Shown piece by piece: positions 9,340-18,918 of a DNA stretch of 64,000 bases. How positions within the stretch are numbered: the stretch's first letter is position 1; each line of letters starts with the position of its first letter. The translations under genes were made by a program, and so were the position numbers. Source of the stretch: Candidatus Dormiibacterota bacterium (GTDB lineage Archaea > Thermoproteota > Bathyarchaeia > 40CM-2-53-6); assembly GCA_035637535.1 (NCBI GenBank), contig DASPWZ010000027.1, positions 856 to 64,855 on the forward strand, given 5' to 3'. The notes under the pieces were generated by a model, which worked only from the letters and a program-made list of their open reading frames with translations, was not told where the DNA came from and did no database searches.

Positions 9340-9741
9340 ATGAGCGAGGTCAGCATAGACAAAGTAATGACGGACATTAACAGCTTCCGTCAGAGACTCA
9401 CAATGCTCAGAGAAGAACTGGGCAGAGCAAATCGGGCGATGGCCGACAAAATGTCGCAGCTCGGAGAGACTCTTACTCAGAGGGTCAGAGACTTGAGGGA
9501 TCAAGTCACTAATGCTCCTCAGAATCTTCTAGCTCTCGAGAGTCGGTTCATGTCGGGAGACATGCCTGAGCAAGAGTACAAGGCTACTCGGGAAGAGTAT
9601 AGAAATCAGCTCACCAAGAATCTGCGCAACATTGACGAAATCAGAAGTTTGCTCTTGATAATGAGCCAGCTGGACGCCCGACCTACAATTCAGGGGCCTC
9701 AGGGTCCCAGCATGATGGGCAGGCCCTCTTCCCCGGATTAG
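9340..9741 (+). CDS. Coiled-coil protein with SHOCT-like motif; paralog of 25547..25945
   Basis: 133 aa with heptad-rich sequence. SGDMPEQEYKATREEY resembles the SHOCT motif. The tail is P/Q/G-rich. It aligns along its whole length with the minus-strand ORF at 25547..25945. Confidence 0.6.
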   Translation: MSEVSIDKVMTDINSFRQRLTMLREELGRANRAMADKMSQLGETLTQRVRDLRDQVTNAPQNLLALESRFMSGDMPEQEYKATREEYRNQLTKNLRNIDEIRSLLLIMSQLDARPTIQGPQGPSMMGRPSSPD

Positions 9742-9798
9742 CCTTCTTGGCGTAATCTACCTTTTTCCGTAGAAAAACGGGAAAGCTTATATCCATTT

Positions 9799-9813
9799 AC
9801 CTAAAAAAGGTAG
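9799..9813 (+). promoter_or_regulatory. TATA-like A-tract flanked by the short palindrome TACC-N7-GGTA; contains AAAAAGGTAG
   Basis: ACCTAAAAAAGGTAG lies 21-35 nt upstream of ATG 9834. The same 10-mer, AAAAAGGTAG, recurs at 24086-24095 upstream of the TrmB-family gene. Confidence 0.3.
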
Positions 9814-9833
9814 CTTCCTACGGGAAGACTCGC

Positions 9834-10529
9834 ATGGCTGCACAAAGAGAAACTCGACCGCCAAGAGAGAAAGGGCCGACCAACGAGAACGAATCAGGAT
9901 GGCACGACAGCCAACTCGAAAGGCACAGGCTAGTCATTGCCTGCGTACGCGGAAACGTCAGCGTTAGAGAAACCATTCGGACAATTCTCCGGGACGCCCT
10001 GCCTCACGACAGCCCACCCCCGTTGCTGGTTCTGGGACCAACCGCTCCAGAGGAAATCTCCAATGGGCAATCCAACCGAATAGGATGGGTCACTTTTGTT
10101 GGCGGAAGTTCAATGGCCCACCCATCCGCTCATGTCGAGATCATCTCTCCAGACAATCTTTTGGAAGTAAATCTCTTCATCGAGAAGTGCGCACAGGAGA
10201 ACGAGAGCAAGGTTATTGTCGGCGATTTCTTGGACAATGTCATTCGGAGTATCAACTCTCCTGAGAGCTTCTATTCCTTCTTCTGCCAGTTAGCCTCAAG
10301 AGTCAAACTGAAGAAGAGAACAGCGATACTTGTCATAAAAGAAGACATTCACGACCGATCAGTCGTCGAAACAGTCAAGAGGTTTGCAGACTTGGTCTTG
10401 GAATTCCGCGACCAGGACGACAATGGCGCCCTGAAAGTCGAAATGCGGACTCTGAATTTTGCTGACAACATATACACGGCTTGGAGGCCGTTCTCCGACT
10501 GGCTGCAACCGCTATCAGTGACCGGCTAA
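9834..10529 (+). CDS. Hypothetical protein (weak RecA/KaiC-like core features, no Walker A motif)
   Basis: 231-aa ORF with good coding character. It has hydrophobic strand plus Asp segments (KVIVGDFLDNV, AILVIKEDIHD) but no GxxxxGK[ST]. It overlaps or abuts birA. Confidence 0.5.
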   Translation: MAAQRETRPPREKGPTNENESGWHDSQLERHRLVIACVRGNVSVRETIRTILRDALPHDSPPPLLVLGPTAPEEISNGQSNRIGWVTFVGGSSMAHPSAHVEIISPDNLLEVNLFIEKCAQENESKVIVGDFLDNVIRSINSPESFYSFFCQLASRVKLKKRTAILVIKEDIHDRSVVETVKRFADLVLEFRDQDDNGALKVEMRTLNFADNIYTAWRPFSDWLQPLSVTG

Positions 10530-11290
10530 CGCTTAAACCGCAATTCCTAGGAGGAGAATCACGGCTTCTACCTCTGAAGATACTTCGCTACGAAAGACTA
10601 CTATCGACCAACACGACAGCATACCGACTAGCGGAACAATCGGCCCCCGAATGGACGGTAGTCGTAGCCGATGTTCAGACAAAAGGGAGGGGGCGAGGAG
10701 GAAACAAGTGGGCGTCCCCAAAGGGAGGGCTCTGGTTCTCGATACTCCTTAGACCGAACCTACCCAACCCGAGACTCCATTTACTGCAGTTTCTAGCTGC
10801 AACTGCGACAAGAAAAGCCGTCGAAAACGAGACAGCCCTTAGTGTCATGCTGAAATGGCCCAACGACCTCGTTCTTGGGAATGCGAAACTTGGCGGAATC
10901 CTCGTAGAATCCAAAACCCAGGGTGAGAAGGTCTCCTTCGCGATTCTAGGAATCGGCCTGAACGTCAATCAGGGCAAAGCTCAGCTTCCCCCTGGAGCAA
11001 TATCCATGCGACTCGTCTCCGGAAAACAACATGAACTTCGAGCCCTCCTTAGGGCAATTCTCGATCAAATCAGGTCGTCATTCGATGAGCTGGACCACCC
11101 TTCCAAAATAATGCATGAGTGGTGGAGCAATTGCATCCACAGACCTCTCAAGGTCCAAGTCACACTCCCCGAGGACACCGTAACAGGTATCAGCAGAGCA
11201 GTTGCTGAAGATGGTAGTCTGATAATCGAGACTGATGATCACCGAATTCGCAAAGTGAATGAAGGATCGCTAAGGATTCTCGACGATTAG
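10481..11290 (+). CDS. birA: Biotin--[acetyl-CoA-carboxylase] ligase (class I, no HTH)
   Basis: It has the signature [19 protein letters not shown], then KWPNDL and GGILVE. The start is uncertain. TTG 10481 overlaps the previous ORF by 49 nt, and there is no ATG/GTG/TTG between 10530 and the conserved N-terminus. Confidence 0.85.
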   Translation: MEAVLRLAATAISDRLTLKPQFLGGESRLLPLKILRYERLLSTNTTAYRLAEQSAPEWTVVVADVQTKGRGRGGNKWASPKGGLWFSILLRPNLPNPRLHLLQFLAATATRKAVENETALSVMLKWPNDLVLGNAKLGGILVESKTQGEKVSFAILGIGLNVNQGKAQLPPGAISMRLVSGKQHELRALLRAILDQIRSSFDELDHPSKIMHEWWSNCIHRPLKVQVTLPEDTVTGISRAVAEDGSLIIETDDHRIRKVNEGSLRILDD

Positions 11291-11339
11291 ATCCTGCCCT
11301 GCTTTTATACAAGGAACCGACCTCGCACTCGTAGAACCA

Positions 11340-12887
11340 ATGAGTATGACTCAGCGGCTCGATGAGCTGAAGAAGAAAGGAGAACAGGCTAAACTCGGCG
11401 GCGGACCCGAGAAGATTGGGTCGCAACACTCTCGGGGAAAGATGACCGCGCGAGAGAGGATCGATGCTCTGGTTGACCCCGGCTCTTTCGTAGAAATCGA
11501 CCGCTTTGTGGTCCATCAGACCTCAGACTTTGGAATGGCCGAGAAGAAGATTTTGGGAGATGGAGTGGTTACGGGACACGGCAGAATAGATGGACGACTC
11601 GTCTACCTCTTCTCCCACGACTTCACCACGTTCGGCGGCTCGTTAGGGGAAATGTTCGCCCGAAAGGTCACCAAAATAATGGACATGGCGCTAAAGACCG
11701 GAGTCCCAGTGGTCGGACTGAACGACTCGGGGGGCGCTAGGATACAGGAGGGAGTTGTGAGCCTCGGAGGCTACGCTGAGATATTCTTCCGAAACGTTCT
11801 CGCCTCAGGCGTGATCCCTCAGATCTCAGCGATAATGGGTCCCTGCGCCGGAGGAGCCGTCTACTCGCCAGCGATGACCGATTTCACGTTTATGGTAGAC
11901 AAGACCAGCTACATGTTCATCACAGGTCCCGATGTGATTAAGGCCGTCCTCAACCAGACTGTGAGCCTCGAAGAGCTCGGAGGCGCCAAAGTCCACAACT
12001 CGACCAGCGGTGTCGCTCACTTCTTCGCCCGGGACGAGAAGGAGTGCTTTCAGCAGATGCGAAAACTCCTGAGTTACATTCCCTCAAACAACCGGGAAGA
12101 CCCGCCAGAGGCTCCAGCGCGACAACCAGCAGGAAACAAAGAGGATCTCAATGCTATCCTGCCGGACGATTACAACAAACCCTACGACATGAAGGACGTT
12201 ATCACTAGAATCGTCGATGGGGGAGAGCTTCTGGAGGTTCAACCTCTCTGGGCAGGAAACATGATCACGGCATTTGCGAGAATAAACGGCCGCTCAATCG
12301 GAATAGTGGCAAACCAGCCCAAATTCAACGCTGGAGTCATCGACATCAACTCTTCAGTCAAAGGCGCCCGCTTCGTCCGATTCTGCGACGCTTTCAACAT
12401 CCCGATCCTGACCCTCGTCGATGTTCCCGGATTCCTTCCAGGAGTGGATCAAGAACACGAGGGCATTATTCGACACGGGTCCAAACTTCTCTACGCTTAC
12501 TGCGAGGCCACAGTGCCGAAACTCACGATCATAATCCGGAAAGCGTATGGCGGGGCATACGACGTCTTGGGCAGCAAACACATCCGCGCAGATCTCAACC
12601 TGGCGTGGCCGTCAGCAGAGATCGCAGTTATGGGCCCTGAAGGAGCAACCAATATCATCTTCCGCGACGAACTAGCAAACGCCAAGAACTCAGCGGCTAA
12701 AGCAAAGGAACTAGTGAACTCTTACAGAGAAAAATTCGCCAATCCGTACATCGCTGCCGAGCGAGGGTACATCGACGATGTTATAGAACCGAGCAATACA
12801 AGAGAGGTTCTTGTCAATTACCTGGAAGTTCTCAAGACCAAGAGAGAAGCACGGCCCCCTCGGAAACACGGAAACATTCCCCTATAG
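11340..12887 (+). CDS. pccB: Acyl-CoA carboxylase carboxyltransferase subunit (propionyl/acetyl-CoA carboxylase beta)
   Basis: 515 aa. It has the typical PccB / methylmalonyl-CoA carboxyltransferase 12S sequence ([10 protein letters not shown]..., [22 protein letters not shown]). Confidence 0.92.
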   Translation: MSMTQRLDELKKKGEQAKLGGGPEKIGSQHSRGKMTARERIDALVDPGSFVEIDRFVVHQTSDFGMAEKKILGDGVVTGHGRIDGRLVYLFSHDFTTFGGSLGEMFARKVTKIMDMALKTGVPVVGLNDSGGARIQEGVVSLGGYAEIFFRNVLASGVIPQISAIMGPCAGGAVYSPAMTDFTFMVDKTSYMFITGPDVIKAVLNQTVSLEELGGAKVHNSTSGVAHFFARDEKECFQQMRKLLSYIPSNNREDPPEAPARQPAGNKEDLNAILPDDYNKPYDMKDVITRIVDGGELLEVQPLWAGNMITAFARINGRSIGIVANQPKFNAGVIDINSSVKGARFVRFCDAFNIPILTLVDVPGFLPGVDQEHEGIIRHGSKLLYAYCEATVPKLTIIIRKAYGGAYDVLGSKHIRADLNLAWPSAEIAVMGPEGATNIIFRDELANAKNSAAKAKELVNSYREKFANPYIAAERGYIDDVIEPSNTREVLVNYLEVLKTKREARPPRKHGNIPL

Positions 12888-12899
12888 ACGGCCCGATCA

Positions 12900-14420
12900 A
12901 TGTTCAGGAAAATCCTGATCGCGAATCGGGGCGAGATCGCCCTCAGGATAATCCGAACATGCAAGAAGCTCAGAGTAAAGACTGTCGCTGTCTACTCTGA
13001 ACCGGATCTAGAATCCAGACATGTTACGAGTGCAGACGAAGCCTATCCGATTGGCGCCGGCCCGCCCTCTGAAAGCTATCTCAATATCCCAAAGCTTGTC
13101 AAAGCGGCCACGAAATCCGGCGTAGAAGCCGTCCATCCTGGATATGGGTTTCTCGCGGAGAACACGGACTTCGCGAGAGCTTGCGAGGAAGCCCGCCTAG
13201 TCTTCGTCGGTCCAAGTAGCAAGGTCCTAGGCAATGTAGCGAACAAGTTCGAATCCAAGCAGTTCGCAAAGGACGCCGGAGTCCCAGTCGTCCCGGGCGC
13301 TAACAGAGAAGTTCAATCCGTCGAGGAATCAGCAGCTGAGGCTCGAAGGATCGGATTTCCAGTTCTCCTAAAGGCGGCCTTTGGCGGAGGTGGAAGAGGG
13401 ATGCGCATCGCTAGAACCACAAAAGAACTTGAGAAAGTTTTCGAGACCGCTCGTTCGGAAGCGAACGCAGGATTTGGGCATCCAGAACTCTACGTGGAGA
13501 AGTATCTCCAAGAACCCCGGCACATCGAAGTTCAGATTCTGTCGGGACCGAGGGGCAGACTGGTTCATCTTGGTGAGCGAGAGTGTTCTCTCCAACGTCG
13601 ATATCAGAAAATTCTGGAAGAAACCCCGTCGCCTGCTCTAGACGATAAGAAACGGAGACAACTCATCTCTCTAGCGCTCCGAGTGATCCGGGCAACTCGC
13701 TATGAGAACGCCGGGACAGTCGAATTTGTAATGTCAAAGGACGGCGAATTCTACTATCTTGAAACCAACAAACGAATTCAAGTTGAGCATCTGGTAAGCG
13801 AAATGGTAACTGGCGTAGACATCGTCGAAAAACAGCTCATCATGGCAAGCGAACATCAGCTGGATCTTTCACAAGACGAAATCGAGTTCGTGGGTTCCGC
13901 AATGAACTGTCGAATAAACGCTGAGGACCCTAGTCGAGGATTCATACCAACTCCCGGCAGAATCGACAAGTTTGTCGCGCCTGGGGGCCCCGGAATTAGA
14001 GTCGATAGCGCATTATGCGACAGAGCTCTTGTGCCAGAATACTACGATTCACTCATCGCCAAGATAGCGGCCCAGGGCCTCGACAGAAAAGAGGTCATCG
14101 AGAGGATGAAGGTCGCTCTGGGCGAGATCATTGTTGACGGAGTAAAGACCACTATCCCAGTTCACCAAACAATCTTGCAAGATCGGAAATTCCTAGAGGG
14201 CAGTTATCATGTTCAGTTCCTGGACAAGATGCTCGCTGGCTGGAAGCCACAACCTGCAACTACACCCGAGGAGATTGCAGCCGTCTTCCTAGCTATTAGA
14301 CGAACAATTGGCCCCGCCTCAACTCTTGGTCCTCAGAAGCGTGAGCGACGAAACCGGTGGCGATGTGGACTTGAAGAATCTCAACTAGGCAAGCAAGCAC
14401 TGTTTGTGGAAGGACTCTGA
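12900..14420 (+). CDS. accC: Biotin carboxylase subunit
   Basis: MFRKILIANRGEIALRIIRTCKKL is the canonical biotin carboxylase N-terminus. ATP-grasp motifs include GGGGRGMR and EMNxR-like ETNKRIQVEH. Confidence 0.95.
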   Translation: MFRKILIANRGEIALRIIRTCKKLRVKTVAVYSEPDLESRHVTSADEAYPIGAGPPSESYLNIPKLVKAATKSGVEAVHPGYGFLAENTDFARACEEARLVFVGPSSKVLGNVANKFESKQFAKDAGVPVVPGANREVQSVEESAAEARRIGFPVLLKAAFGGGGRGMRIARTTKELEKVFETARSEANAGFGHPELYVEKYLQEPRHIEVQILSGPRGRLVHLGERECSLQRRYQKILEETPSPALDDKKRRQLISLALRVIRATRYENAGTVEFVMSKDGEFYYLETNKRIQVEHLVSEMVTGVDIVEKQLIMASEHQLDLSQDEIEFVGSAMNCRINAEDPSRGFIPTPGRIDKFVAPGGPGIRVDSALCDRALVPEYYDSLIAKIAAQGLDRKEVIERMKVALGEIIVDGVKTTIPVHQTILQDRKFLEGSYHVQFLDKMLAGWKPQPATTPEEIAAVFLAIRRTIGPASTLGPQKRERRNRWRCGLEESQLGKQALFVEGL

Positions 14421-14929
14421 TGCCACTCCTCATTATCGAAGGCAAGAGGTATCGAGTAGGAGACTTGACGGGCGAGGGCCTGCTCTGGACAATCCCCGTC
14501 GATGAGAAGAAAGTAACCCTCGAGCTACTGCGTCAGTCTTCTACTCAACCAGCAACGCTTTTCGTGCGAACTGGAGGTCGAGTAATCAGCGTATCCATTC
14601 AGAGAGACGAAAATCAGCACATCTATTCTCTGGAGGTGAGTGGAAGGCCGATGACCGTCACCGTTGAAGAAGACGCATTGGCTGTCCCGACTAATGAGTC
14701 AACGACCACAGATGGACCCGCTCTTGTGAATTCGCCCATGGCCGGCAAGATAGCTTCAGTGAAGGCAAGGGTGGACTCGAAGGTCGAGGAAGGGCAGTCG
14801 CTCATGGTGTTGGAGGCGATGAAGATGCAGAACGAGATCGCTTCGCCTAAGACCGGAATTGTCAGGGAGCTCTATGTCAAACAAGGGGATCTCGTCAAAG
14901 CGGGCGAGAAATTATGCCTGGTAGACTGA
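14420..14929 (+). CDS. accB: Biotin carboxyl carrier protein
   Basis: The C-terminal biotinyl domain carries EAMKMQNEI (AMKM biotinylation site). The start overlaps the accC stop (TGATG). Confidence 0.85.
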   Translation: MPLLIIEGKRYRVGDLTGEGLLWTIPVDEKKVTLELLRQSSTQPATLFVRTGGRVISVSIQRDENQHIYSLEVSGRPMTVTVEEDALAVPTNESTTTDGPALVNSPMAGKIASVKARVDSKVEEGQSLMVLEAMKMQNEIASPKTGIVRELYVKQGDLVKAGEKLCLVD

Positions 14930-14964
14930 CTATTGGTTTGAATGAAACCCGCTGAGGCTCGCCA

Positions 14965-16971
14965 TTATGGCTTCTGGATGACTGGAAGAATTTCTAAGTA
15001 GAACTTCAGGGATTCGGGGTTTGCAAGAGCGTCTCGGTTGGTCACGGGTCTATTGTTTACAATATTCGCGACCGCTGTCTCTACCTTCTTCATGTTAAGA
15101 GTGTAGGGAATGTCGGGAACCTCGAGAATCAAGGCGGGAACATGTTTTGGTGAAGCCTCTTTTCGCAAGGCTTTTCTGATCTTCTCTTTCAGATCCTCTG
15201 ATAGCCGCTGTCCAGGGACCATTTTGATGAAGAGAATGATTCTCTGGTCTTCTCCCAAGTTCTGGCCAACTGCAAGACTATCTGCGATCTCAGCCATCTT
15301 CTCGACCACATTATAGATCTCGGAAGTGCCAACGCGAACCCCTGAGACTTTTATCACCGCGTCGGATCTACCATAGAAGGTAAGTCCCCCCGTCTTGCTG
15401 TGCATCATGACATAGTCTCCATGTCTCCACACGTTCTTCCCTTTCGGCTTGTAGTATTCGAAGTAAGCTTCTCGGTATCTCAGATCTGCGGGATCGTTCC
15501 AAAAGTGGAGGGGCATGGACGGAGCCGGCGCCTCACAGACCAGCTCGCCCATTACGTCAACAACTGGCCTCCCATCTTCATTGTAGACGTTGATCTTCAT
15601 TCCAAGTCCCGGACCCTGTAGCTCGCCGGCGTAAACTGGAAGGATCGGCACTCCTCCGGCAAAACAACCGTTGATGTCAGTCCCTCCTGAAATAGAATTC
15701 AGATGCAAATTCGGTTTGACTTCTCGGTAAACCCACTCAAACCCGTCCGCAGAGAGTGGTGAGCCGGTTTGAGAAATCTCTCGGAGGGATGAGAGATCGT
15801 ATGTAGTTCCAGGCTTCACACCGATGCTTCTTAGATAGTTAATGTAGCTAGCGCTACAACCGAAGATCGATATCTTTTCCTCTTGGATAATATTCCACAT
15901 GGCTCCCCAGTCTGGATAGAGAGGGTTTCCATCGTGCAGAACAATCCTGGCTCCTGCCGCCAGGCAGCTCATCAACCAGTTCCACATCATCCAGCTCGGC
16001 GAGGCAATGTATGTTACACAGTCGGTCTTTTTGAGATCCGTATGTAACATCGTCTCCTTCAGCTGATTTACCAATACGCCGGCAGCTCCCTGCACCATGC
16101 ACTTGGGCTTCCCAGTTGTGCCGGAGGTGAACATGATGTAGACGGGGTGATCGGGTGGCAACTGCTCGAATCGAGCCTCGCCTAATTCAGATTTGGTGAG
16201 GTCATCAAAGGCAACTGAGCTAGAAGGATCTCCTGCATCAGCTTCTCCGATATGTGATGTCAGAACGATTTTCTTGAGTGAAGGAACTCCGTCAACAACC
16301 TTCTCCACGTTGGGAAGGATGCTGAACTCCTTACCTTTGTAGGTGTACCCGTTAGAGGCGAACAGAACTTTCGGTTCGACTTGGCCGAGACGATCCAAGA
16401 CGGCTGCGGGACCCAGCTCAGCGCCGCAACAAGCCCAGACAGCTCCGATGCTGGTGGCTGCAAGCATCGCGATTGCCGTCTCCTCAATGTTTGGCAGGTA
16501 GCCCGCCACTCGGTCTCCAGGAGCAATCCCCATCTTCCGGAGGGCATTTCCTAGGCTTCTCACTCTTTGGAAAAGGTCAGAATAGGTGGTCTGTGACCCG
16601 CGACCCTCTTCCGCTCTTGAGACCAGGGCAATGGTCTCATCTCTCTGTCTGAGAAGGTTCTCGGCAAAATTCAGCCGAGCTCCCGAAAACCACTTGGCTC
16701 CGGGAAACTTGGCAAGGTCATCTACGACCGTATCAAACCGACGGGAGCAGACGATTCCTGTGTAGTCCCAGATTGCTGACCAGAAGTCGGAGACCTTGTC
16801 AACCGACCATCTATGCAGCTCAGGATAGGATTTGATCTTGAGCCGGTACTTTTGATTGACAAACGCAAGGAAATTGGTGAGATTCGCTTCGCGGATTCTG
16901 TCCTCAGAAGGCGTCCAGAGTGGTCTCACTTGCGCCACGTTCCCTTGCTCGTATCGGTAGAACGCGGCCAA
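14965..16971 (-). CDS. Acetoacetyl-CoA synthetase (acetoacetate--CoA ligase, ANL superfamily)
   Basis: 668 aa. The N-terminus LWTPSEDRIREANLTNFLAFV...FWSAIWDY is typical of AACS. The AMP-binding motif is FTSGTTGKPK. Confidence 0.85.
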   Translation of the reverse strand: MAAFYRYEQGNVAQVRPLWTPSEDRIREANLTNFLAFVNQKYRLKIKSYPELHRWSVDKVSDFWSAIWDYTGIVCSRRFDTVVDDLAKFPGAKWFSGARLNFAENLLRQRDETIALVSRAEEGRGSQTTYSDLFQRVRSLGNALRKMGIAPGDRVAGYLPNIEETAIAMLAATSIGAVWACCGAELGPAAVLDRLGQVEPKVLFASNGYTYKGKEFSILPNVEKVVDGVPSLKKIVLTSHIGEADAGDPSSSVAFDDLTKSELGEARFEQLPPDHPVYIMFTSGTTGKPKCMVQGAAGVLVNQLKETMLHTDLKKTDCVTYIASPSWMMWNWLMSCLAAGARIVLHDGNPLYPDWGAMWNIIQEEKISIFGCSASYINYLRSIGVKPGTTYDLSSLREISQTGSPLSADGFEWVYREVKPNLHLNSISGGTDINGCFAGGVPILPVYAGELQGPGLGMKINVYNEDGRPVVDVMGELVCEAPAPSMPLHFWNDPADLRYREAYFEYYKPKGKNVWRHGDYVMMHSKTGGLTFYGRSDAVIKVSGVRVGTSEIYNVVEKMAEIADSLAVGQNLGEDQRIILFIKMVPGQRLSEDLKEKIRKALRKEASPKHVPALILEVPDIPYTLNMKKVETAVANIVNNRPVTNRDALANPESLKFYLEILPVIQKP

Positions 16972-17066
16972 ATAGACCTTGATAACTTGTCAGCGATCTT
17001 CTCGAAGCGCGCTCTGTCCCGGGATAACTTATAGCCCCTCAAGAAGATCGCTCAGATGATCTCGAA

Positions 17067-17780
17067 TTGACTGTTATCGATGTGAAACTACTCAGCGACG
17101 GCTACTTCACACTGGACAAGAGTTTTCTGGTCTTCGGAAAATATCAAGGGACAAAGTACAAGGCTGCTCTGAAACCCCTCCTGGTCCGGACTGAGAAGGA
17201 GAACATAATCGTCGACACGGGCGTCGGAATCCTCCCACCCAGCTATCAAAAGTTCCACGACGTGATCAGAACCCGTGAGGAAGAACTCCGCAATTCACTC
17301 AAGAAGAACGGTTTGCGTCCAGAGGAAATTACCATGGTCGTAAACACCCATCTACATTTTGACCATTGCGGTAACAACCGTCTATTCCCGAATAGTAAGT
17401 TTCTGGTTCAGACAGACGAAATCAGGTATGCCTACTTCCCGGACCGGTTTATGAGAGTCAGTTACCTGCGACCCTTCTTCGACGTTGAAGGCGACTATTT
17501 GCCTGTGCGCGGAAAATACGAGATTGAAGACGGAGTCGAGGTTCTGCCTACACCGGGACACACTATCGGCCACCAGTCGCTTGTTGTGAAGTGGAAGGGG
17601 AGAAACATTGTCTACGCTGGCGACGCCGCGCCCCTTCCTGAGAACATTGAGAAGCGAAACATAACCGGGATGATATACAGCGGCTCACAAGGTCTAGAAT
17701 CCATTGATGCGCTGAGAAGAATCGAGAATCCTGTCTACATCTACTCTCACGATAACGAACAGCTCAAAGTAGAATTCTGA
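17067..17780 (+). CDS. MBL-fold metallo-hydrolase (lactonase-like)
   Basis: It has the HxHxDH motif as NTHLHFDHCGNN, and a later TPGHTIGH. TTG start. Confidence 0.8.
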   Translation: MTVIDVKLLSDGYFTLDKSFLVFGKYQGTKYKAALKPLLVRTEKENIIVDTGVGILPPSYQKFHDVIRTREEELRNSLKKNGLRPEEITMVVNTHLHFDHCGNNRLFPNSKFLVQTDEIRYAYFPDRFMRVSYLRPFFDVEGDYLPVRGKYEIEDGVEVLPTPGHTIGHQSLVVKWKGRNIVYAGDAAPLPENIEKRNITGMIYSGSQGLESIDALRRIENPVYIYSHDNEQLKVEF

Positions 17781-17799
17781 CCTTACATCGACTCATCAT

Positions 17800-18918
17800 T
17801 CAGGACCAGCCTTTTCTCAGGGCCCTCCAGTACGCGTTCCAGTACGGGTCCCGATCAGGATAGCGAATCCTGAACCGTCCTCGACTAGAGACGCCGAAAA
17901 TGCCCCGAGTCCCGGAAGACAAATGTCCGATTACAGTGGCCTTTGTACCGATCGACTGAAGAATCCCAATGACCCGTCTTGTTCGATTTGGTCTGCACGC
18001 GATCAGCAGGCTTCCCTCCCCGAGGGAGGTCAAAGAATCCATTCGGAATAGCTTGCAGATTAGTTCCGTCTCTTCGGAGATGGGTATGCTTTCCAGATCC
18101 ACTGTGCCTCCCAGCTTTGACGCTCGAGCCATTTCGTCGATCGCTGCTAGACTTCCACCTTCCGTTACATCATGGATGGCCGTAACACCATGCTGGTGTA
18201 TTCCTGCCTTGACCGCTGACAGAGAATCATTGACCGTATTAGCTCCTTGCAAATATTTCCAAGCCCTGTCAAAAATGGATCGTCCGAGATGTTTGCGGAC
18301 CGTTCGAGGGAAGGCTCGGGTAAGCACTGACGTAGCTCCATAGGCAGCGCTCCTCGTAAAGATCAGATCGTCGCCATCTCGAGCCATGCTGGAAGTCAGG
18401 AACTCATTTCTCCGACACGTTGTCCACATTGTGGCTCCTCCAATTATGGAATAATTGCACCCTTCGAAGCGGCCAGTATGACCGCCGAGAATCGAGACGC
18501 CAAGTTCGAGGCAAGTCCTGTTGATCGCCTTCCAATAACGACTGAGAACTTGGTTAGACATGCCTGGAGGCAGATTCAGATCAAGCATTACGAACCGCGC
18601 CGATCGGCCGCTGGTCGCTACATCAGACGCCACCTCATACAGACTCATTCTCGCCGAGTCTTCAGGTCCAACCGAGGGGATTAGCGAAACGGGATCGCTG
18701 TTTGCTATCAAGACCCTTCCTCCACCGATATCGAGAACAGCTACGTCGACCCCCGGCGTAGGCCCAACGATTACTGCGTGAGATTTCGCACCGGTTAAGC
18801 GCCAGATGGTACTGGCCATCGTTTCAAGGCTAAGTTTTCCAAGATGCAACTTACTTTTTCGACCGGGCGAATCTTCAGCTAAAGAATTGTGTGTTGAAAG
18901 CTCTCCTCGCCGCGACAA
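17800..18918 (-). CDS. AIR synthase-related protein (PurM/HypE/ThiL superfamily)
   Basis: GKLSLE near the N-terminus and VDVAVLDIGGGRVLIANSDPVS are PurM-superfamily N-domain features. A C-domain follows. TTG start. It overlaps the upstream membrane-protein gene by 44 nt. Confidence 0.65.
   Translation of the reverse strand: MSRRGELSTHNSLAEDSPGRKSKLHLGKLSLETMASTIWRLTGAKSHAVIVGPTPGVDVAVLDIGGGRVLIANSDPVSLIPSVGPEDSARMSLYEVASDVATSGRSARFVMLDLNLPPGMSNQVLSRYWKAINRTCLELGVSILGGHTGRFEGCNYSIIGGATMWTTCRRNEFLTSSMARDGDDLIFTRSAAYGATSVLTRAFPRTVRKHLGRSIFDRAWKYLQGANTVNDSLSAVKAGIHQHGVTAIHDVTEGGSLAAIDEMARASKLGGTVDLESIPISEETELICKLFRMDSLTSLGEGSLLIACRPNRTRRVIGILQSIGTKATVIGHLSSGTRGIFGVSSRGRFRIRYPDRDPYWNAYWRALRKGWS

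Noticed and set aside
10548-10576. GGAGGAG Shine-Dalgarno-like sequence upstream of a CTG that precedes the conserved birA N-terminus.
   Set aside because: The spacing to CTG 10574 is about 19 nt, too long for a functional SD. The overlapping TTG 10481 remains an adequate canonical start, so a CTG start for birA is mentioned only as a possibility.
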